A stretch of DNA of 64,000 bases from Nemertoderma westbladi. Its lineage: Eukaryota; Animalia; Xenacoelomorpha. The DNA is taken from the NCBI GenBank assembly GCA_032718475.1, contig JAUCBJ010006245.1, positions 3,759 to 67,758 on the forward strand, in the 5' to 3' direction. How positions within the stretch are numbered: the stretch's first letter is position 1; the number at the start of each line of letters is the position of its first letter. The notes under the pieces were generated by a model. The model was given only the letters and a program-made list of their open reading frames with translations, was not told the origin of the DNA and did not search any database. Position numbers and translations under genes: made by a program. Positions 54,401 through 64,000 of the stretch are shown piece after piece.

Positions 54401-57400
54401 ACCTCCCTGCCCTAATGCTGGCCTTTAAACCCTGCTCTATCCCATCCAACTAACCTCCACCGCCCTAACGCTGGCCTTTAAACCCCCCTCTATCTCATCC
54501 AACTAACCTCCACCGCCCTAACGCTGGCCTTTAAACCCCCCTCTATCTCATCCAACTAACCTCCACCACCCTAACGATGGGCTTTAAACCCCGCTCTATC
54601 CCGTCCAACTAACCTCCACCGCCCTAACGCTGGCCTTTAAACCCCCCTCTATCTCATCCAACTAACCTCCACCACCCTAACGCTGGCCTTTAAACCCCGT
54701 TCTATCCCGTCCAACTAACCTCCCTGCCCTAACGCTGGCCTTTAAACCCCGCTCTATCCCGTCCAACTAACCTTCACCGCCCTAACGCTGGCCTTTAAAC
54801 CCCGCTCTATCCCGTCCAACTAACCTCCACCGCCCTAACGCTGGCCTTTAAACCCCCCTCTATCTCATCCAACTAACCTCCACCGCCCTAACGCTGGCCT
54901 TTAAACCCCCCTCTATCTCATCCAACTAACCTCCACCACCCTAACGATGGGCTTTAAACCCCCCTCTATCTCATCCAACTAACCTCCACCACCCTAACGC
55001 TGGCCTTTAAACCCCCCTCTATCTCATCCAACTAACCTCCACCACCCTAACGATGGGCTTTAAACCCCCCTCTATCTCATCCAACTAACCTCCACCGCCC
55101 TAACGCTGGCCTTTAAACCCCCCTCTATCTCATCCAACTAACCTCCACCACCCTAACGCTGGCCTTTAAACCCCCCTCTATCTCATCCAACTAACCTCCA
55201 CCACCCTAACGCTGGCCTTTAAACCCCCCTCTATCTCATCCAACTAACCTCCACCACCCTAACGATGGGCTTTAAACCCCCCTCTATCTCATCCAACTAA
55301 CCTCCACCGCCCTAACGCTGGCCTTTAAACCCCCCTCTATCTCATCCAACTAACCTCCACCACCCTAACGATGGGCTTTAAACCCCCCTCTATCTCATCC
55401 AACTAACCTCCACCGCCCTAACGCTGGCCTTTAAACCCCCCTCTATCTCATCCAACTAACCTCCACCACCCTAACGCTGGCCTTTAAACCCCCCTCTATC
55501 TCATCCAACTAACCTCCACCACCCTAACGCTGGCCTTTAAACCCCCCTCTATCTCATCCAACTAACCTCCACCACCCTAACGATGGGCTTTAAACCCCCC
55601 TCTATCTCATCCAACTAACCTCCACCACCCTAACGATGGGCTTTAAACCCCGCTCTATCCCGTCCAACTAACCTCCACCGCCCTAACGCTGGCCTTTAAA
55701 CCCCCCTCTATCTCATCCAACTAACCTCCACCACCCTAACGCTGGCCTTTAAACCCCTCTCTATCTCATCCAACTAACCTCCACCACCCTAACGCTGGCC
55801 TTTAAACCCCCCTCTATCTCATCCAACTAACCTCCACCACCCTAACGATGGGCTTTAAACCCCCCTCTATCTCATCCAACTAACCTCCACCGCCCTAACG
55901 CTGGCCTTTAAACCCCCCTCTATCTCATCCAACTAACCTCCACCACCCTAACGCTGGCCTTTAAACCCCTCTCTATCTCATCCAACTAACCTCCACCACC
56001 CTAACGCTGGCCTTTAAACCCCGCTCTATCTCATCCAACTAACCTCCACCGCCCTAACGATGGGCTTTAAACCCCGCTCTATCCCGTCCAACTAACCTCC
56101 CTGCCCTAACGCTGGCCTTTAAACCCCCCTCTATCTCATCCAACTAACCTCCACCACCCTAACGATGGGCTTTAAACCCCGCTCTATCTCATCCAACTAA
56201 CCTACACCGCCCTAACGCTGGCCTTTAAACCCCGTTCTATCCCGTCCAACTAACCTCCACCGCCCTAACGCTGGCCTTTAAACCCCCCTCTATCTCATCC
56301 ATCTAACCTCCACCGCCCTAACGCTGGCCTTTAAACCCCCCTCTATCTCATCCAACTAACCTCCACCACCCTAACGATGGGCTTTAAACCCCGCTCTATC
56401 CCGTCCAACTAACCTCCACCGCCCTAACGCTGGCCTTTAAACCCCCCTCTATCTCATCCAACTAACCTCCACCACCCTAACGCTGGCCTTTAAACCCCGT
56501 TCTATCCCGTCCAACTAACCTCCACCGCCCTAATGCTGGCCTTTAAACCCCCCTCTATCTCATCCAACTAACCTACACCGCCCTAACGCTGGCCTTTAAA
56601 CCCCGCTCTATCTCATCCAACTAACTTCCACCGCCCTAACGCTGGCCTTTAAACCCCACTCTATCCTGTCCAACTAACCTCCACCACCCTAACGCTGGCC
56701 TTTAAACCCTGCTCTATCCCATCCAACTAACCTCCACCGCCCTAACGCTGGCCTTTAAACCCCGCTCTATCTCATCCAACTAACCTCCACCGCCCTAATG
56801 CTGGCCTTTAAACCCCGTTCAATCCCGTCCAACTAACCTCCACCGCCCTAACGCTGGCCTTTAAACCCCGCTCTATCTCATCCAACTAACCTACACCGCC
56901 CTAATGCTGGCCTTTAAACCCCGTTCTATCCCGTCCAACTAACCTCCACCGCCCTAACGCTGGCCTTTAAACCCCGTTCTATCCCGTCCAACTAACCTAC
57001 ACTGCCCTAACACTGGCCTTTAAACCCCGTTCTATCCCGTCCAACTAACCTCCACCACCCTAACGCTGGCCTTTAAACCCCGCTCTATCCCATCCAACTA
57101 ACCTCCACCGCCCTAACTACTACTACTACTACTAGGATCGGCATGCTGCATTGCAGCTGCATTTTTAAGAATGCTGTGCCGGCTTGTCAACAAAATTGCA
57201 CCGCCACAACTACCTATCACCCATGACATTTGCTAGATCATCCGCATCTTTAAGGCCAGTGTCCTTTAAGATGCGTCTCAAGAAAGTCATGGGCTGTCCA
57301 CCATGCTTATTCACTCCATGAGGCTGCCAAAGTACAAGATTATGCACTGGCTGGTCCTCACGGCGAAAGCAATGTCATGCAAAGCGGAGGCGATTTTGTT

Positions 57401-58870
57401 CTAGTGTCAAGCTTGGGGGAACCAATGAGACACCTCCAATGTTATATAGTGTCTGGTTGGAGATGAGTGCATTGTACTTGACACAATGAACCCGGCGTAG
57501 CATTCTTGTGAATGTGCCATCCAGAGATTTGGTGTCCTCAGCAGTTAGAGCCCAGCATGGACTCCCGTAGAGGAGTACTGGAACTACTGCTGCTCTAAAT
57601 AATCGGACCTTAAGTTTCCGATTAATTCTCGGTGACTTCCAAATCCTGGAAAGCCTATTCAAGGCTGCCCATGCCTTTCCCTTACGTATTCGAAGGTCCT
57701 CATCTGACTTCCGGATCCATGATCCCAGGTAACAGAAGTCGTCCACCACATGCTCAAGCATACCATCCTTTGAGCTTATGCTCATCCGATCAGAGACTTG
57801 CTGAGGACTTTCAAAGTTAACTGTCAGAATTTTGGTCTTTCTGGAGTTAATAAAAAGACCAACACTAGAAGCAGCATGTTCTAATGAGCTGAGGAGCCGT
57901 TGGGCTCCCTCTAATGATTCTGAGAGTACTCCTAAGTCATCAGCAAAATCTAGATCAGTTAGGTACTTGGCAGGATTTCCTCGACTTCTGGAGCCAGTAG
58001 GTGGAGTTATCATCACCCCATCATCATTATAATGATCTAAGGACATGCGTAGAACATAGTCAACCACAATAATGAACAAGAATGGTGCAAGTGTGTCTCC
58101 TTGGAGGACGCCCCATAACACTTCAAATGGTTCTGTGTCACCGTCAACAGTAGACACAAATGTTGTCGAACCATCGAATACTGATCTGATTGCTGCAATA
58201 ATTTCATCAGGAATTCCATATAATGAAAGTATGCTGAACATACGTGAGCGAGAGACTGGATCAAAGGCCTTGAAGAAGTCAACAAAGATAACAGCCAGAT
58301 GCCTGTCTTTCTTTTTTGATAACTCTTCAATTATCCTTCTAAGTGCCAAAATGGGCTCCATGGTCCCACGACCTTTACGGAACCCATTCTGATTTCCACG
58401 GAGCAGTCTCTCAATGGGATCCCTGATGCGATTTAATAGAATCCTATTGTATAGCTTTGCAGCAATCGAGATCAATGAGATTCCCCGAAAAGAACCATAG
58501 AGTGTTAGGTTGCCCTTCTTGGGAACTGCCACCAATTTATTTGTTTTCATTTCTTGTGGGACTCTTGTTGTTCGGCCTTTCAACCCCACTCTATCCCATC
58601 CAACTAACCTCCACCGCCCTAACGCTGGCCTTTAAACCCCGTTCTATCCCGTCCAACTAACCTCCACCGCCCTAACGCTGGCCTTTAAACCCCGCTCTAT
58701 CCCATCCAACTAACCTCCACCACCCTAACGCTGGCCTTTAAACCCCGTTCTATCCCGTCCAACTAACCTCCACCGCCCTAACGCTGGCCTTTAAACCCCG
58801 TTCTATCCCATCCAACTAACCTCCACCGCCCTAACGCTGGCCTTTAAACCCCGCTCTATCCCATCCAACT
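39434..58870 (-). repeat. Intron 4 satellite: 53-bp tandem array built from the exon 4 end and its donor
   Basis: Unit GTTGGATGGGATAGAGCGGGGTTTAAAGGCCAGCGTTAGGGCGGTGGAG|gtta; ~340 units, interrupted by RTE at 57118-58573. Confidence 0.97.
57118..58573 (-). mobile_element. 5'-truncated RTE-clade LINE (RT domain + 3' end) with (TAG)n tail
   Basis: PKKG..FRGISL, QNGFRKGRGT, VDFFKAFD, GVLQGDTLAPFLF, DFADD, RLRFA*H; tail TAGTAGTAGTAGTAG; no clear TSD. Confidence 0.93.
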
Positions 58871-59000
58871 CCATCTGTTTAGACAGCGCGACGGTTCTCT
58901 GGTCCCGAAGTTCCACCTCCCGACCCAACAGGTCGTAGAGACTCGCGCCCTGCGAGGTGATATCCGAAGCGAGTTGTCGGCAGAGTTTCAATTCGTTCGC
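58821..59000 (-). CDS. CLUAP1: CLUAP1 exon 4 (ANELKLCRQLASDITSQGASLYDLLG...KASVRAVE)
   Basis: cag acceptor, GAG|gttagt donor, 180 nt; RQLASxITxxGASLYDLLG motif. Confidence 0.96.
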
Positions 59001-59305
59001 CTGAATGATGAAACATTAATTAAAGCCCTTAACGGTGATCTATTAATCATACAAACTCTTTTCTAGTCCTGTTACAAAAATATGGTCAACAGTGAAGATG
59101 ATGTCAGTTTCATAATTGAATATTTATGACAACAAAATTAACGCAAAATTTTGTCAACTTAAAAGCCCAAATATTAAAAAGTATCACAAATTTATACTCT
59201 AAAAAAATGAATAAATTCAATAAAACAGGTAAAGGAATATGATATAAGTACAGGTAAAGTATAAGTTCATTTATAAGTATAAATGAATTAGTACGACTGA
59301 CTTAC

Positions 59306-59485
59306 TCTACTGTTCATATCGTAACTCCGACTGGATGGTGCAGACGAACTGTCTGCATTGTCTAACTGTTTGTTCGATTTAATCGCATTGTAGAGAATAC
59401 CTGTGACTTTTAGCAATTCTTTAACTGCGTACCCATCAGCTTGGTACAACTTCTTCGTGTTGAGTTTTATGTGCGCTTTAGTCGC
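59306..59485 (-). CDS. CLUAP1: CLUAP1 exon 3 ([26 protein letters not shown]...YDMNSR)
   Basis: tatag acceptor, gtaagt donor, 180 nt, phase 0; contains the hallmark [16 protein letters not shown] motif; absent from the ORF track. Confidence 0.97.
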
Positions 59486-60004
59486 CTATATAACATAATT
59501 AATTGTCTTATTAGATATTCAAGATAAAATATATTTGCAATAATTTCAAGTTTAGTAACACTTTAACACTTTTTTAGTAACACAGTAAAATTTATAAACA
59601 CTCTACAGTTACTATAATATGTAATTGAATTAGGGTAATAGTAAATACCTTTTAACTTGGAGTTTTCTAAGTTAAACCTAAATCCGTCGAGGTTTGCGAA
59701 CTTTATTAAACGATGATTGACAATTTATTTAAATAAAAATTAATGTAGCTTTTTATTATTATCTATTTTTATTTCTACAAAGTGAATAATAAACTGCACC
59801 AGAATATAAGTAATTAATTTATGGGTAATTGAATATTTGATTAATCCACTGTAAACATTTGTGGCGAGTTATCTGAATCGGGGCTGTCAAAAAAAAGTAA
59901 CGGAACTCAGTAAACGATTATTACCTTCAAAATTTAATATAATCCAGTTGTAAAGGAAAATTTTATGTTCTAGATAATCTCAGAAAAAAACAGATTTGAG
60001 GTCT

Positions 60005-60560
60005 GGCCATGTCCCAGAATATGTTGTCGTATTTCAGTGACATGCCCCCCCCCCCCCCCCCCAAAAAAAAAAAAAATTTCTACAAATCTTAATGAGATTG
60101 CATGAAATATGAAACAGAGATAGTTTCATCTCCCTCCTCCTTGCTGGGTGAGCCAGAATTTTTATTTATGTTTTCATTCTTTAGTTACAAGCGTTGGAAA
60201 AAGTGTCTCCTACAGCGATATATATTGTACCAGTCGTACTGCAGTTATTCTTCTATCTTATGGCTGTTTGTTGGTACCAATGGAAAGCTGGCCTGGCCAT
60301 GCAACGATTCCAAATTTAACATAATCTGAATTGCGTTGAAAAATAGCTGAGATATGAGCGTTCAAATGTTGCATGGTTTTGCACCTTCTGGAACATTTTG
60401 TTGATGTATGAATGAATAGCTACGTAATAGTATGATTAAAGATGTAATGCATTGTTGCTCAGTCTCGTATTAGGATAAACAAAATGTTCCAGAATATGGT
60501 GTATTTATTAAATATAATAAAATAGACTCGCGCAGATGCAAAACAATGCTTGAACGCTAA
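60005..60560. mobile_element. Interspersed repeat (probable non-autonomous DNA element), copy A, in intron 2
   Basis: 60005-60360 is similar to 63530-63882 (poly-C, TTTCTACAAATCTTAATGAGATTGCATGAAAT, CTCCTTGCTGGGTGA); followed by an imperfect palindrome at ~60356-60558. Confidence 0.6.
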
Positions 60561-61052
60561 TGCTAAGTGCTATAAATAAGGATCAGGTTACAAAGGCGGG
60601 CTTTTCTAACCAAAACAAAAAACGATCACTTTACCAATTGAGGGAAACCATTTGAGGTCAGACAGTATGTAGTCACTCTATAACCAAACAAAATCAGACA
60701 GTCAAGCAATAGGTACCGGTACGCAGCTGTAGAATGACAATTATAAACGGTTGAAAAGGTCGGTCCTAAAAGTAATATGACCCATCCCTCATTCACACAT
60801 AAAGTATTGTAAAGAAATAGATTTTGTGCAAGATAAGTAAAGTAACTCGTGGCCCGGACAGGCGGACAACTTACTCAAAATGACGAATTTGAAGCTAACT
60901 AGCCTACCATGTACTCGTACTGTACACAAAACACAAACAGCTCAGCACTCTTACTAGCAGACCATGAAGAGCCAACCAACACGCAACACAGTATAAGCAC
61001 AACTAACTTCCATAGCCTAACCAAAAGTGAAAACAAATAGCTGTAAACTAAC

Positions 61053-61249
61053 CATAAACTGGGCTGCTGACTTAATGAATATAACTCGATCCTGCTCGGT
61101 GTCGATATCGGTAGGGATATCCGTGTTGGGATCGTATCGTTTAACCAACCAGATAAGAACCTCGGCGACCAACGGGAAGTTTGGAGTCCGGAAGTTCTCC
61201 ATCGAAATTAGACGGCTGTAGCCCAAGGATCGCATCATTTCCGTAAAGT
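61053..61249 (-). CDS. CLUAP1: CLUAP1 exon 2 ([24 protein letters not shown]...IKSAAQFM)
   Basis: ttttcag acceptor, gttagt donor; translation closely matches the CLUAP1 N-terminal region as I recall it. Confidence 0.97.
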
Positions 61250-61460
61250 CTGAAAAGTTAAAAAAAATTTAAATTATACAAAATAAAAATTGAGGTAAAA
61301 GAGTAGAATAATATGTTAATCGAAAAAAGCTAGGGAAAATAAGGACTTAAAATGAATGAAACCATTCGGTTATTTTCTATGTATAATCAATAAATAAAAA
61401 TAAATCAATAAATATACCGGTAAATATAAAAGTCTAAATAATAAATTAATATTCACTTAC

Positions 61461-61482
61461 TTCTCAAGTCTCTAAATGACAT
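61461..61482 (-). CDS. CLUAP1: CLUAP1/IFT38 coding exon 1 (MSFRDLR + 1 nt)
   Basis: ATGTCATTTAGAGACTTGAGAA|gtaagt; MSFRDLRN is the known N-terminus of metazoan CLUAP1; phase 1 matches exon 2. Confidence 0.93.
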
Positions 61483-61486
61483 ATTG

Positions 61487-61528
61487 TTGATCTTCAAATA
61501 TTATAGTTTGATCTTCAAATATTATAGT
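61487..61528. repeat. 21-bp direct duplication immediately 5' of the start codon
   Basis: (TTGATCTTCAAATATTATAGT)x2. Confidence 0.85.
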
Positions 61529-62842
61529 TTACGAGTTATCTAATGCTATACTGCTATAGACGCTATACTGCTATATACTGCAGTCGGCAAACATTTAAAG
61601 AAGACCGTACCGAAGTGTTGTAATATTGTACCGTATCAACTTTAATCAGCAATAATAAATAATATGCAAGTCAGTGGCTAAAGAAGCTATGAGGAGAATG
61701 TCTCTAACTAGAACCGGACTATATTTCATTCTTTAATTCCATTTCCTAGCTGTTCCGTTCCATCCCCTTATTGTAGTAATTGTGCGTGCATATACCGGTA
61801 CGTAATTAAACTATTATTATTTAATAAAGTTCAGTTAATTTCACGCTCTAATTCAGTGATTAGCCTACCGGTATAAACTTTACTTTAAAAAATGGATTTT
61901 TCTATAATATATAAACATATTCCTAGCCTTAAAATGAATGGTGTAGAATGTAAATATGGTAGACGAAAGGGGAAACATATCCGGCGGAATTAAGACGACT
62001 AGCAGACTAGTTTAAACATATTATAGTAGAGAGCCAACTTGAAAAGTACCGATAGTGCTGAAACAAAACTGATGGTTAGAAAGTGTATTTATATACAATA
62101 TAGACTGATAGATGTGCCGCGCCCGCGATACCATTATTATCGGCCTTGGCAGCTTGGTCTTATACCGCTATACCGGTAACCTCTACGCCTACCGGTATCA
62201 GCTGCCTGCTTACACCTACACGCTACACCGATGATGGTAGGCCTATGTAAATCAGTAAATACATCGGACTGTTGATTGGACCAATGAAATTGTTTTTGCT
62301 ACAATATCTTGTTTGTTGTTTGGGTACCTTCCACGTGATCAGTGTTCACTAGCTTCTGTACCCAGGTACCATGCTTCCTTACTAACAAACCTGCCTACTG
62401 CCACGCGGTCGGAGTGGGTGTAGGCTTCGGGTTGAACACACTGAATTATAAATTATCTGTACAATCCAATCTAAGTTTACCAATCGCATAGCAATAAATA
62501 AATACCGGTTGGTACTCTGGTAATACTGCATATGGCAATGTATGGTTTATCGTGGTAACCGCTCAGTGGGCCGCGTCAATGAATAGAACTGAGATGTCTT
62601 CACTCTTAAAGGTTATCGGTCAGTAAAGATAAGGAGCAATACATGAGGTTAGCATACAGTAGTCAAGAGTCAGTCAGCCAGGTGAATTTTACATTTAACA
62701 TGCCTACCTTACCGTACCGGTATGCATGTATGCGAGGGTGCGAGTACAGGAGTATTGTACTGATGTGTGATTTAGGCCTATGCTCTACTAATGTCCAATC
62801 AGACAAAACAGAGCAATCGTTACTTTACTCTTGGTTTACTTT

Positions 62843-62855
62843 GTAACCTGGCAAC
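62843..62855. promoter_or_regulatory. Putative RFX X-box
   Basis: GTAACC-T-GGCAAC fits GTNRCC(N0-3)RGYAAC; ~1.36 kb upstream of the ATG of an IFT gene; ATTGG/CCAAT motifs near 62275-62285. Confidence 0.55.
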
Positions 62856-63529
62856 GCGGTGGAAATATAATTTTTCTGCTCTGTAACCATGTGTGTCAAT
62901 TAAGTGTAACCGTAACATTTAAATAAATCTTTCTTATTATTATTATAAACATTTTCCGTTCCGCACAAAGACAAGCAATTTGAAATTGATAATACATTAA
63001 TTATGAAATCACATAAATCAATTCTGATTCAATGTATAATTCTCCATAGGAATCAATTGAATTGAATTATTAAATATTATCATTCCTTACATTCGCACAT
63101 ACGCGTATGTGCATACAGATGTATGTTCATACGATGAAAGTTATTCCCAAAAAATAGGAGTTGACATTTTTTGAAACAATGTGTGAAGGAGCTCCAATTG
63201 TAAATATAGGCAGTTAGTCAAAACTACCCCGAAAAAGCTTGTCTAAAAGTGAAATCTTTCCACCGGTCAAAACATTTAGTTTGGTATTTATTGGGTCAAT
63301 ATGCCATTTTTCCAGGTGTGTCAGGATGTTTATTCCAAGCCTACTTGCTGGTATATCCAAATTAGATTTTATATCTAATTTTATGGAATATTGAGTATAT
63401 TTTATTATTCGTTATTAAGGTTTTAATTTAATCATAAAGATTTACACAATAAAGAGAGTAAAAGAGTGTCTGATATTAATCCCAGATAAAATTTTGTTTG
63501 TATATTATCTACATATATAACACCCACTT

Positions 63530-63882
63530 ACACCATGCATGCCCTGGAATATAGTGTCGTTATTCTGGTACATGCTCCCCCCACCCCCCCCCCCCCCCCC
63601 CCCCTCCAAATTTTTCTACAAATCTTAATGAGATTGCATGAAATTTGAAACAGAGATAGTTTCGCCTCCTCCGTCCTCCTTGCTGGGTGAACCAGAATTT
63701 TCATTTTCGCTTTCATTCTTTGACTACAAGCGTTTGAAAAAGGTGTCTCCGTTGGTATTGCGCCAGTTACACCGCAGTTATTCTTCAACATTATAGCGAT
63801 TTGTTGATAATGGCGGAAAACTGGCCGTGCAAGATATGTTCCAAATATGTAACACACAATCTGAATTTTTTGAGATATGAGC
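63530..63882. mobile_element. Interspersed repeat copy B, upstream of CLUAP1
   Basis: Diverged direct copy of 60005-60360. Confidence 0.6.
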
Positions 63883-64000
63883 AGGCCTCATTATTATTGA
63901 AAAATCGCAAATTTATCAAAAATAATTAATTTTTGCGATATTTTTCATTTTAATTTTGCTATATTAGCGATGTTATCTAAATCATCATGTCGTGACCAAA

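Noticed and set aside
39434-58870. CRISPR array or telomere
   Set aside because: There are no unique spacers or cas genes and the context is eukaryotic; CCCTAA occurs once per unit and derives from codons GTT AGG G.
2077-61482. CLUAP1 as a pseudogene disrupted by repeats
   Set aside because: All exons are open, with canonical GT-AG junctions, consistent phases and a normal total length.

Overview
Eukaryotic (probably invertebrate metazoan) genomic DNA, almost entirely spanned by one minus-strand gene, CLUAP1/IFT38. I assembled it by hand from ATG 61482 through 8 shared exons and two alternative terminal exons (stops at 2077 and 1713), giving 424 or 432 aa with all splice phases consistent. 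About 1.3 kb of coding sequence is spread over ~60 kb because three introns (4, 5, 7) are inflated by tandem arrays whose unit is the 3' end of the upstream exon plus its own 5' splice site: a 53-mer x ~340, a 54-mer x ~58, and a 48/30-mer x ~270-290. The pre-mRNA therefore carries roughly 650-700 near-identical decoy donors. Each array has a duplication breakpoint at an exonic (G)AGTTGG motif. Intron 5 also holds a nest of decayed retroelements: a BEL/Pao element containing a Gypsy (Mag-like) LTR element, which contains a full-length CR1/L2-group LINE with a 2A-like peptide, plus an RTE fragment. A second RTE copy and a foldback/MULE-like MITE sit inside the arrays. The very long ORFs in the ORF track are repeat artefacts. 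Family assignments rest on recalled motifs, not database searches, and copy numbers are length/unit estimates.
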